Below, one piece after another: positions 48,035 through 56,801 of a DNA stretch of 64,000 nucleotides (positions within the stretch are counted from its first letter, which is position 1; each line of letters opens with the position of its first letter). Source of the stretch: Spirochaetia bacterium (lineage in GTDB: Bacteria; Spirochaetota; Spirochaetia; UBA9216); NCBI GenBank assembly GCA_963677925.2, contig CAXXYH010000003.1:2016001-2080000 (forward strand), in the 5' to 3' direction. A program made the translations under genes and the position numbers. The notes beneath the pieces are model-generated. The model was not told the DNA's origin, made no database searches, and saw nothing but the letters and a program-made list of their open reading frames with translations.

Positions 48035-48604
48035 ATGAATGCAAACGCGATTGATATTGCTGAGAACTTAATACTTACAGGCTACCTGAGAGAAGCCAGG
48101 AAAATACTGTCAACAATACTGCTGGAAGAGCCGGATAACGATCGTGCAATATGTTACATGGGAATAGTCCTCACGGAAAGCGGTGAAAATGATGAAGCAA
48201 TCAGAACTCTTGATTACTACATCAAAAAGAACACCGAGACTCCGGAAGCCTGGGAAGCCCTGGGCTGTGCCTGGTTTAAAAAGGGTGATCTGCTCAGAGC
48301 CGAAGAATACCTGCAGAGGGCTGAACGTCTCTCACCGGAGAGTCCGTCAATTATGAGAAACATAGGTGTTCTTTACGGTATCCAGAACAAGGTTGAAGAA
48401 TCGCATGACTATATAATGAAATCATATGATCTCAACCCCTACGATTACCGGACTCTGTATGCACTTACATATTCCTATCTCAACCAGAAGAAATATGAAG
48501 AAGCAAGGGATATAATAGAGGAAGCACTGTATCTGGATTTCCCTGCCGACATCAGAAAAGAACTTGAGCTTGTCTTCATAAAAATCCAGATCAACTGGAT
48601 GTAA
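48035..48604 (+). CDS. TPR-repeat protein
   Basis: Repeated TPR-like units (e.g. AWEALGCAWFKKGDLLRAEEYLQRA); GGAGAGG RBS. Confidence 0.85.
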   Translation: MNANAIDIAENLILTGYLREARKILSTILLEEPDNDRAICYMGIVLTESGENDEAIRTLDYYIKKNTETPEAWEALGCAWFKKGDLLRAEEYLQRAERLSPESPSIMRNIGVLYGIQNKVEESHDYIMKSYDLNPYDYRTLYALTYSYLNQKKYEEARDIIEEALYLDFPADIRKELELVFIKIQINWM

Positions 48605-49266
48605 TGCAAAGACTGAAGATACTTATACTTATAATATTTACAGCTGCCGCCTTTTCATGTGCAACAACAGCACTAAATGAAGGCGGTTTCCCGGATGAAA
48701 CCGGGCCTGTCCGGACTGAAACGGAAATTCAGAAAAAACTTCAGGCCTCCGCGGAATACATGCTTGGAAAGGAAAGCCTCGACATCAACGGAAGACATTT
48801 CAACATGGACTGTTCCGGAACCGTGCTCGCCATTTACTACCATGCAGGAATTGATCTTGAAAAAAGCTACGCTCTCTATGAAGGCAACGGTGTAAGACGT
48901 ATATACCAGTTCCTGCGTGACAACAGCCTTATACATACCGGTAAAACCCCCTCACCCGGCGATCTTATTTTCTGGGATAACACCTATGATCGTGACGGTG
49001 ACGGGAAATTCAATGACTATTTTACCCATGTAGGAATGGTAGTCGATACGGACAGCCGGGGAAATATCACATATATTCATGAAAACTATGCCAAGGGTAT
49101 AGTCTACGAAAAGATGAACCTTTTAAAACCGGATAATACAAGTCTCAACTCTCCGATGCGTATGAAGGGTTCTCCCCCTGACCCGGAGGGCCGGTATCTC
49201 TCCAGCCATCTGCTGCGGGTTTTCGGCCGGGCCTGGGAAGTACCGAAAGAATATTTTATTAAATAA
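48604..49266 (+). CDS. NlpC/P60 (CHAP-like) lipoprotein, putative peptidoglycan hydrolase
   Basis: Lipobox AAFSC; MDCSG, PGDLIFW, THVGMV and YIH catalytic pattern. Confidence 0.85.
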   Translation: MQRLKILILIIFTAAAFSCATTALNEGGFPDETGPVRTETEIQKKLQASAEYMLGKESLDINGRHFNMDCSGTVLAIYYHAGIDLEKSYALYEGNGVRRIYQFLRDNSLIHTGKTPSPGDLIFWDNTYDRDGDGKFNDYFTHVGMVVDTDSRGNITYIHENYAKGIVYEKMNLLKPDNTSLNSPMRMKGSPPDPEGRYLSSHLLRVFGRAWEVPKEYFIK

Positions 49267-49274
49267 ATCCCGCC

Positions 49275-49739
49275 CTAAAGCGGGAATTCCTTCGATATTT
49301 TAATTCTAAGCTCATCTGCGTCATAAATCTTCTCACAGTAATGACACATGTAGTCTGAGTTATTTTTTGTTTTGTCAAAACGGCTCTTCAGCTTTTCAAC
49401 ATTGGTAATACAGTTGGAATTGGGACAATGGGCGATATTTTCAAGGACCTCGGGAAGCTCAACCTTCCACTTGTCCTGCGTCTCGTAATTCCTGATGATG
49501 GTGATGGTCGCTGTGGGTGCAACCAGGGCAATCCTGTTTACATCATCAGCGGTAAGCTCATGATTCTCAATCTTTACAATATCCTTCCGGCCGAGCTTGG
49601 TACTTGAAAGATTCATTCCCACACTGACAAGATCCTTACCGCCTCCGTTGAGAATCTTGAGAACCAGAAGAGCCTTTCCGCCGGGAATATGGTCAATTAC
49701 AGTTCCGTCCTTGATGGCATCAACTTTCATCTGTTTCAT
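49275..49739 (-). CDS. pyrI: Aspartate carbamoyltransferase regulatory chain
   Basis: AIKDGTVIDHI, KDIVKIE, CPNSNCIT..CHYCE. Confidence 0.95.
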   Translation of the reverse strand: MKQMKVDAIKDGTVIDHIPGGKALLVLKILNGGGKDLVSVGMNLSSTKLGRKDIVKIENHELTADDVNRIALVAPTATITIIRNYETQDKWKVELPEVLENIAHCPNSNCITNVEKLKSRFDKTKNNSDYMCHYCEKIYDADELRIKISKEFPL

Positions 49740-50668
49740 GCTGCACCTCCTGTCATACCGGTAAGCGTTGAGAGAATTGCCTGCCTCATGTAAACGCCGT
49801 TCTCAGCCTGCTGAAAATAGTAGGCATGAGGTGAGCTGTCCACCTCTGTAGCTATTTCATCAACCCTCGGAAGCGGATGAAGAATCTTCATATTTTCCTT
49901 TGCTCCCCTTATTGTATTGTTATTAACAATATAGGAGCCTTTGAGCTTTTCATATTCCTCGGGGTCGGCGAACCTTTCTTTCTGTATTCTGGTGACATAC
50001 ATGACATCCAGTTCGGGAACAACTTCATCGACTGTTTCAAGTTCGGTGTATCCGATTCCGAGGTCGGTCAGCCCGGTTTTAATGTGCTCGGGCATATGAA
50101 GGTGGGTCGGGGATATAAAGTAAAACTCCGGCCTGAAAGGGACCAGTGCCTGGGCAAGCGAGTGAACCGTCCTGCCGAATCGCAGGTCGCCCATCAGGCC
50201 TATTTTAAGCCCCTCAAGCGTTCCCTGGGTCTTCTTGATTGAATACATATCAAGCAGAGCCTGGGTCGGATGCTGATTTGCCCCGTCACCGGCATTGACT
50301 ATGGGCAGGCCGATAATCTCTGACGCATATCTTGCCGCACCTTCAATGGCGGATCTTATAACCATAATATCGCAGTAACGCTCGATGGTTTTCAGTGTGT
50401 CGGCAAAGCTTTCACCCTTCTGTACCGACGTACCGCCGGTTCCTTTCATCAGCAGAGTTTCCCCTCCAAGTCTCTTCATCGCTGATTCAAATGAAAAGCA
50501 GGTCCTTGTTGAAGGCTCGAAGAAAAGCAGTGCTGCTATCTTTCCGCCCATGTCCGGTTTAAGCCGGCCTGACTCAATCAACCCCGCAGTTTCAACAAGG
50601 TAAAGCAGATCCTCTCTGCTGAGGTCCTTCATTGAAATAATGTGCCTCTGACTAAACTTATCAGTCAC
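49736..50668 (-). CDS. pyrB: Aspartate carbamoyltransferase catalytic chain
   Basis: FFEPSTRT, NAGDGANQHPTQ, TRIQKER and LHPLPR motifs. Confidence 0.96.
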   Translation of the reverse strand: MTDKFSQRHIISMKDLSREDLLYLVETAGLIESGRLKPDMGGKIAALLFFEPSTRTCFSFESAMKRLGGETLLMKGTGGTSVQKGESFADTLKTIERYCDIMVIRSAIEGAARYASEIIGLPIVNAGDGANQHPTQALLDMYSIKKTQGTLEGLKIGLMGDLRFGRTVHSLAQALVPFRPEFYFISPTHLHMPEHIKTGLTDLGIGYTELETVDEVVPELDVMYVTRIQKERFADPEEYEKLKGSYIVNNNTIRGAKENMKILHPLPRVDEIATEVDSSPHAYYFQQAENGVYMRQAILSTLTGMTGGAA

Positions 50669-50687
50669 GTGCTCTCCTCCCTGTAAT

Positions 50688-52085
50688 TTATTTTGCTTTA
50701 AAAGCCTTCCAGGCTCTTTCTCTGTATATTTCCGCTGTTGCTGCAGGATCTTCCGCAGCGATGATTCCGCGGCCGACTATGATGCAGTCCGCACCACCTG
50801 CCATCGCATCCTCAACTGAAAGGTACTGCTGCCCCAGTTTGTCGCCGCCCTGCTGAAGCTGTACGCCCGGCATAAGCAGAAGCTGATTCTGCGGAATCTT
50901 TTTCCTGAATGCTTTGATATCCTCCACAGAACTTCCATGTCCGATATAGCCTGATACGTATTCCGGATTTGACTTTCCGGTTGAAATAACCTTATCGGTG
51001 TAATCAGGTGTTATCAGATTGCCCTTACTCGACATTCTGGCAAGAAGGAAAGCCGCCTGGCCGTTGCCGTCTGAGTTTTTATATCCCTCGCTGAACAGGC
51101 CTTTCAGGGTTCCCTCGCCTGCGATCAGGTGGCTTGTTACACAGTCTGTCCATTCTGCAATCCGGTATACACCGCCCCGGAACTGATGGCTGACAGTATT
51201 TCCGATATCAGCAAACTTGCGGTCTTCAAAAATCAGGAAGTCCTTATCTGAAGCAAGTTTTCTGAGCCTTGTGATGAAGTCCGGGGTAAAGCCCCTGATG
51301 ATATCAACATGGGTTTTAACCATGGCAATGTACATTGCAGTAGTTTCCAGTATGCTGAAAAACTTTTCCGGGTCCTCGGTATCAAGCGAGAGGATAAGAT
51401 TTGTCTTCTTCCTTTCAATTACACCAAGAAGCCTGTCAGTAAAGCTGTTGGCCTCTACACTGTTTTCAACTGCGGCAGGTTTTGACGGAGCAATACCCGA
51501 GGTAAAAGCTTTTATCTCATCAGCCTTTGACTTCTCAAGGCTTCCGTCTTCCAGAAGTACACTGACAACCTCATCCAACGATACGAGACTGTGAAGTTTC
51601 AGACCCTCAGCAGCAAGTTCTGCAGTTCCGTTCAGGCTGCGGTCAATCACGACCAGAATGTCCTCTACGCTGAAGCCTTCCATCCTCAGGCTGTCGGCTG
51701 TTTCAAACTTTGAGCTTCCGGTTGTAATCAGGTCGTCAACAACAAGGCACTTTCCCTTAAGGTCGGGGTCGCCGACAACCAGACCGCCTGCTCCGTATGT
51801 CTTCTCTTCCTTGCGCAGCATGAACAGGGGTTTCTTAAGCCTTTCCGCCATAATCACAGCCGAAGGAAGTGCAGTGTAAGGTATTCCGGTTATGCATTTA
51901 AAATCCAGTTCAGCAGCCTTTTCCGTGAGCATTGTGCACATCAAATCGTGAAGTTCCGGATGCGATATCACCTTCCTGAGATCCAGATAGAAGGGAGATT
52001 CCAGTCCGCTTTTAAGGGTAAACTTTCCAAACTTTACAGCCCCGATGCTGTAAAGCCCCTTGATAAATTTTGTCTTGTTATCCAA
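50688..52085 (-). CDS. Bifunctional orotate phosphoribosyltransferase / OMP decarboxylase (UMP synthase, PyrE-PyrF fusion)
   Basis: N-terminal [25 protein letters not shown]; C-terminal [33 protein letters not shown]. Confidence 0.93.
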   Translation of the reverse strand: MDNKTKFIKGLYSIGAVKFGKFTLKSGLESPFYLDLRKVISHPELHDLMCTMLTEKAAELDFKCITGIPYTALPSAVIMAERLKKPLFMLRKEEKTYGAGGLVVGDPDLKGKCLVVDDLITTGSSKFETADSLRMEGFSVEDILVVIDRSLNGTAELAAEGLKLHSLVSLDEVVSVLLEDGSLEKSKADEIKAFTSGIAPSKPAAVENSVEANSFTDRLLGVIERKKTNLILSLDTEDPEKFFSILETTAMYIAMVKTHVDIIRGFTPDFITRLRKLASDKDFLIFEDRKFADIGNTVSHQFRGGVYRIAEWTDCVTSHLIAGEGTLKGLFSEGYKNSDGNGQAAFLLARMSSKGNLITPDYTDKVISTGKSNPEYVSGYIGHGSSVEDIKAFRKKIPQNQLLLMPGVQLQQGGDKLGQQYLSVEDAMAGGADCIIVGRGIIAAEDPAATAEIYRERAWKAFKAK

Positions 52086-53442
52086 TTATTTTTCCTCCGG
52101 TTATGGTTTTATATATTCTGGTTTTAAGCCGCATTCCGTTGTACGGCGAATACTTTGCCTTTGTTCTGAATGATGCAGCATCAACACTGTATTCCGGACA
52201 AGTCTCAATTACTGCAAGAGATGCGGCAGCGCCATGTTCGATTTTACCCGCCTTACTTATTCCGAAAATCTCTGCTGCCCGTCCGGATGTAAAATGCTGA
52301 AGCCTTGAAACGGATTCCGGATTAACCCCGCCGCTGAAACCGAAAACAAATCCGGCCGCAAGCGGAAGGACCGTTTCAAGCCCCGGAAATCCTGAAGGTG
52401 ATGCCATAAAATCATCTGATTTATCCTGCGGGATATGCGGAGCATGGTCAGTACCGAAAAGGTCAATCGCGGCAGTACCTGAGAAACTTAAAGCATCACA
52501 GAACGCCTTTTCAATCATCTGTCGCTCAAGAGAGTCTCGGACAGGAGGATTGACCCTGGCCCAGGACTGAGGCCCTCCGTATACCTTCAGGGTTGTATCC
52601 AGAAGGAGGTGATGTGGAGTGAGTTCTCCATAAACAGAATCTTCTCCAAATCTTTTTTTATGGTTCAATATCATGTATATTTCCGCCGCTGTTGAAACAT
52701 GACAGAGATATACTTTCGCTGATGTATCCGAGGCAAGCTTCAAAACCAGATTGGTTCCAGCTGCCGCAGCCTCTGCAGGCCTTAGAATATTATGAAGTTC
52801 AAGACCCTTAAATCCAGCCGACCATTTGCCCGGCTTCCTGAGTTTTTCAGCCAGCTCGGAATGAACAGCAACAGGCTTGCCTGCTTCAGAAGCAGCGGCA
52901 AAAACCCGCCTTAGAAAATCCTCAGCAGAGCTGCTGCTGTTTCCGCTTGATTCGGATAGAAAAATCTTAACACCGGGAACATCAGGTTCATCTAACAGTG
53001 CCGGGAGCTCATCGATAGAATCCTCTGAACAGCCTGCCCAGAAAAATCTTTTCAGCGGAAGACCGGCCTGATCAGCCTCTGATGCTGCCTCCCGTTTCAT
53101 TTTAAGGACATCCATTGATTCAAAGGCCGGACTGTTATTGGGCATGTCAAAAACTGCCGTTACACCGCCGTGAAGGGCCGCTGAAGCGCCGGAAACCCAG
53201 TCTTCCTTATTGGATGCGCCGGGACAGCGAAAGTGTACGTGGGGGTCTATCATTCCGGGAATTACCGTCTTTCCGGCAAGATCAAGCTCATCGCAGCCGG
53301 TACTGTTCTTAAGCTTATGGCCATCTGCAGACACAGAAATTATCTTTGCAGAGTCAATTTCCACATCAACAGAACCGCCTGAAGTAAGACAGTTTCTTAA
53401 AATGAGCCTTTTAAAATCAGCTGAATCTGATACAGCATTCAT
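52078..53442 (-). CDS. pyrC: Dihydroorotase
   Basis: [28 protein letters not shown] and TDHAPH motifs; pyr operon context. Confidence 0.9.
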   Translation of the reverse strand: MNAVSDSADFKRLILRNCLTSGGSVDVEIDSAKIISVSADGHKLKNSTGCDELDLAGKTVIPGMIDPHVHFRCPGASNKEDWVSGASAALHGGVTAVFDMPNNSPAFESMDVLKMKREAASEADQAGLPLKRFFWAGCSEDSIDELPALLDEPDVPGVKIFLSESSGNSSSSAEDFLRRVFAAASEAGKPVAVHSELAEKLRKPGKWSAGFKGLELHNILRPAEAAAAGTNLVLKLASDTSAKVYLCHVSTAAEIYMILNHKKRFGEDSVYGELTPHHLLLDTTLKVYGGPQSWARVNPPVRDSLERQMIEKAFCDALSFSGTAAIDLFGTDHAPHIPQDKSDDFMASPSGFPGLETVLPLAAGFVFGFSGGVNPESVSRLQHFTSGRAAEIFGISKAGKIEHGAAASLAVIETCPEYSVDAASFRTKAKYSPYNGMRLKTRIYKTITGGKIIG

Positions 53443-54365
53443 CTTGCAGACTCCCCGGCAAATCGGTTTTTGAACTTTTCAACACTGCCGCTTGCCGTCC
53501 TTTTATAAACTCCGAAATCCTCAAGCTGCTCCACCAGCGCCCTGCTTAGTGCCGGTCCCTCCTTGCAGACTCTGATTCCGGAGGGGTCCATTACACAGGA
53601 ACCGCAAATACCGATTGCACATTTCATATAGCGCTCGAAGAGAAAATCGTAATCCATGTCCGGACCGAATACCTGAATGAGGCTTTTCATCATCAGGTCC
53701 GGGCCGGAAGAATATACAAAGTTGTACTCACCCTTCATTGATTCAAGCGCCGCAGCAGCGGTTCCTTCGAAGACGTCCGAAGCTCCGCATGCATCCTCGG
53801 CCACTCCTGTAAAAATAACCCCGAGAGCCTCGAATCTTTCCCGGAACAGGATGTCTGCAGCTGTTCTTCCGGCTGATATAACCCTGATATCCGACCGTGA
53901 TGCACCGCTTTCGATAAGCTTTACAGCAAGCAGGTAAAGAGGCGGAAGTCCGAATCCGCCTCCGGCGAGCACCGGCCGAAAATTTTTGGGTTCAATACCT
54001 GCACGGGCGGCTGATTGATGGCTCAGGTCCGCATTGTCACCGGCTGCTGCTGAACCTGCTTCCGAGCGGTCTTCGCCGGGTATAAAAAAAGAGGAACCGT
54101 AAGGTCCCCTGATACTGATAATATCTCCCTCATGAAGGTTGAACAGGCGGGCGGTAAAATTGCCTACTTTTTTAATGGTTACCGAAAGGCCGGCATCGTC
54201 ACAGGCGGATATAGAAAAGGGCTTTTCCCCGCCGTTGAAATCCGTAAGCATTACAAACTGGCCGGCTGCTGCGCCTGGATTGAAATCAAACCTGAATGTT
54301 CTTACATCAGGAGTTTCTTCGATTATTTCTGCAATCGGTATTGTAATTCTTCTGTCTTTAACCAT
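53439..54365 (-). CDS. pyrK: Dihydroorotate dehydrogenase electron-transfer subunit
   Basis: GQFVM..KPFSI, RGPYG, AGGGFG and MKCAIGICGSC..VCKEGP 2Fe-2S motif. Confidence 0.9.
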   Translation of the reverse strand: MVKDRRITIPIAEIIEETPDVRTFRFDFNPGAAAGQFVMLTDFNGGEKPFSISACDDAGLSVTIKKVGNFTARLFNLHEGDIISIRGPYGSSFFIPGEDRSEAGSAAAGDNADLSHQSAARAGIEPKNFRPVLAGGGFGLPPLYLLAVKLIESGASRSDIRVISAGRTAADILFRERFEALGVIFTGVAEDACGASDVFEGTAAAALESMKGEYNFVYSSGPDLMMKSLIQVFGPDMDYDFLFERYMKCAIGICGSCVMDPSGIRVCKEGPALSRALVEQLEDFGVYKRTASGSVEKFKNRFAGESAR

Positions 54366-54375
54366 ATTTTACTCC

Positions 54376-54408
54376 AAAAAAAACCGGATCATAAAAAATG
54401 ATCCGGTT
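54376..54408 (-). terminator. Intra-operon intrinsic terminator/attenuator between pyrD and pyrK
   Basis: AACCGGATCAT-TTTTT-ATGATCCGG followed by T8; begins at the pyrD stop codon. Confidence 0.75.
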
Positions 54409-55322
54409 CAATATATCCGACTGATATCAGTCACTGCGGTCAGCTGCTTTCTTTCAAGAAAACATCTGATGCCGTCATTAATTTCTCTGAAAACCTCAGG
54501 TCCGCTGTAATAGACAGCCGTCCCGACTCCGACTAGATCCGCTCCCGCCATGATCATCTCGACCGCATCCTGCCAGTTCGAAATTCCGCCCATTCCGATA
54601 ATCGGAAGACTGATACCAGCTTTTCGGCACTCATAAACCAGCCGGAGTGCAACAGGCTTGATACAGGGCCCCGATAGTCCTCCGGTCACATTGAACAGAA
54701 CCGGACGGGCAGCTTCGATATCCACCGCAATACCGGGACCTATTGTATTAATCATACACAGTGCATCAGCCCCTGCTTCGGCAGCTGCTGCAGCAATATT
54801 TGTAAACCCTGTAACATTCGGAGAAAGCTTTGCTATAACCGGAAGCCTGCTGACAGATTTAACCGCAGATACAATCTCGGCGACCGACACCGCAGATGCA
54901 GCAAGCGGAACTCCAAACTCATCCATCACATTGGGACAAGAGAGGTTCAGCTCAAGAAAATCAGCATTTGATGAATTAGCTTTTTCAGCAAGCAACCTGA
55001 AACCGTTAACATCGGTCGCAAAGATACTGAGGTTGAGAACTCCTGTATTCCTGCTGAATTTCTGAAGTTCGCTTATACCTTCATCGATACCCGGGTTGCA
55101 TAAGCCCATACAGTTGAGCATACCGCCCTCAACTTCGGCAACGACCGGACCTTCATGTCCTTTACGAGGTTCAATTGTAAGTGATTTTGAAGTTACTATC
55201 CCGGCGCCTGTACCGGAGAGTGAGTTAAGACTGGAGAATGAAATATCAAGGACACCGGCGGGCAGTACCAGCGGTGAACTCAGCTCTTTCCCAAGAAACT
55301 CTGTCCTTAATATCTTATCCAT
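54408..55322 (-). CDS. pyrD: Dihydroorotate dehydrogenase family 1B catalytic subunit
   Basis: GLCNPG, ELNLSCPN, AKLSPN, INT and GGLSGPCIKP motifs; ATG 55322 has a GGAAGG RBS. Confidence 0.93.
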   Translation of the reverse strand: MDKILRTEFLGKELSSPLVLPAGVLDISFSSLNSLSGTGAGIVTSKSLTIEPRKGHEGPVVAEVEGGMLNCMGLCNPGIDEGISELQKFSRNTGVLNLSIFATDVNGFRLLAEKANSSNADFLELNLSCPNVMDEFGVPLAASAVSVAEIVSAVKSVSRLPVIAKLSPNVTGFTNIAAAAAEAGADALCMINTIGPGIAVDIEAARPVLFNVTGGLSGPCIKPVALRLVYECRKAGISLPIIGMGGISNWQDAVEMIMAGADLVGVGTAVYYSGPEVFREINDGIRCFLERKQLTAVTDISRIY

Positions 55323-55346
55323 ATCCTTCCACTTGAGATTTTTGCG

Positions 55347-55376
55347 AGAATAACTGTTTTTTGTATGATCTGTCAA
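55347..55376 (-). promoter_or_regulatory. Sigma-70 promoter of the pyr operon
   Basis: TTGACA-N18-TATTCT. Confidence 0.6.
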
Positions 55377-55418
55377 TGCCGAATGAGGGCATATTGCACA
55401 ATTAATCAAATTTTCTGC

Positions 55419-55447
55419 TTTACAGCCTAATATCTCCTGCTTAGAAT
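55419..55447 (+). promoter_or_regulatory. Sigma-70 promoter of the DUF4230-like gene pair
   Basis: TTTACA-N17-TAGAAT, 5 nt before the ATG. Confidence 0.55.
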
Positions 55448-55452
55448 AGCTT

Positions 55453-56040
55453 ATGGGTCAAAAAAACGGCATAAAACTTCTTTTTCCGCTTTTGGCAGCA
55501 GTAATATCACTGCTTGCTGCAGGCTGTTCAGAAGAACAGCCCCCTTCTGTTGAAAAACTTGAAGCCTCGGTCCGCAGCATTTCCTCGGTACCGGCATGCG
55601 AGCAGCTCTATCGTGATATTGTATATATCGGAGAAGAGCAGAAACTGTTGTTTTTTAAAACCGTGGACAAGCAGCTGCTTTTCTCAATAGATATAATAGT
55701 ACAGGCAGGAATAGAGAATACCGATCTGATAGAAATCCAGTACACCGGAAACAGTGACAGCGGCATACCTTCAGTTGTCATCAGCCTTCCGGACCCGGTA
55801 ATTCTTGACGTGGATGCCGATGAATCATCTATAGAACAGTTTTTTATTAAAGAGTACGGAAAGGCCGTCACAAGACTGGAATACTATGATGAGATTAACC
55901 GTAAAAAAGAGGAAATAAAGGCTGACGCTGTTAAGAACGGCATCCTTGAAAGAGCTGATGCCAATATCAGAAACCTGATTAGCAATATGATGAACCTTGC
56001 AGGGGTTGAGGTTAAAGAATACAGGAGGAAGGAAGGATGA
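55453..56040 (+). CDS. DUF4230-like lipoprotein
   Basis: Lipobox LAAGC; VQAGI..ISLPDPVILDV..GILERADAN pattern. Confidence 0.65.
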   Translation: MGQKNGIKLLFPLLAAVISLLAAGCSEEQPPSVEKLEASVRSISSVPACEQLYRDIVYIGEEQKLLFFKTVDKQLLFSIDIIVQAGIENTDLIEIQYTGNSDSGIPSVVISLPDPVILDVDADESSIEQFFIKEYGKAVTRLEYYDEINRKKEEIKADAVKNGILERADANIRNLISNMMNLAGVEVKEYRRKEG

Positions 56041-56801
56041 GCAGAAAATCTTCCTCTAAAAGATTCCCCTTCCGCCTGCTTCTGATCCTCATGATTATTG
56101 CAGGTTTAATTTTACTTCTTTTTGCAGCAGAGAGAGTATTTGATTTTGATATTCCAAATCCCTTCTACCGGGTAAACAGAATCCGGAACAGTACCGTAAT
56201 TCTTGATGACATACGTGATACAGCACGCCTGAATACTGTTGAGCTTGTTTATAAAACAGTATTTCCCTACGATCTTATTCCTGAAGATACAGACTGGTCC
56301 GGTCTTTTCAGACGGCTCCGAAGCGGCGGCAGTATGAGTGCGCAAGAGCTGGAACTGCTTGCGGTTTTCGGAATAGCAGCTGATGCCGGAATAGATTTAA
56401 GCGCTAAAGAACATCAGTTTGCAGTAATAACAGCAAGACTGACAGCAGGTTATGATTTTGCAGGGACTCCGTTTGAGGATCCGGAAAAATACAGTGAAGA
56501 TGCAGCCGATTTTATCCGTTATGATGATGAATCAAAGAGTCTGTACATTCGGCTTCCCGAGGCAAAGATAACTGAAATTAAGGTTGATGATGAAGACAGC
56601 AGCAGCTACGGCTATCCGGATATGAAGGTCTCACCTGAACAGTGGCGGGTTCTAAGCGGAATTATTACAGAACACATAAAATCAGAAGCCCGCAAACGCA
56701 GACTGACAGAGATTGCAGAAGAAAGGGGAAAAGCCGTAATAAAAAAGATGTTCAGTGCGTCAGGTTACAAAAATATTATTTTTACTGATCAGATTCGATA
56801 A
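56037..56801 (+). CDS. DUF4230-like membrane-anchored protein
   Basis: N-terminal TM helix; LTAGYD..IRLPEAKITEI..AEERGKAVIKKMFSASGY pattern; ATGA overlap. Confidence 0.65.
   Translation: MSRKSSSKRFPFRLLLILMIIAGLILLLFAAERVFDFDIPNPFYRVNRIRNSTVILDDIRDTARLNTVELVYKTVFPYDLIPEDTDWSGLFRRLRSGGSMSAQELELLAVFGIAADAGIDLSAKEHQFAVITARLTAGYDFAGTPFEDPEKYSEDAADFIRYDDESKSLYIRLPEAKITEIKVDDEDSSSYGYPDMKVSPEQWRVLSGIITEHIKSEARKRRLTEIAEERGKAVIKKMFSASGYKNIIFTDQIR

Noticed and set aside
55323-55409. N-terminal extension of pyrD given in the ORF track
   Set aside because: It overlaps the promoter; ATG 55322 has an RBS and gives a normal-length PyrD.
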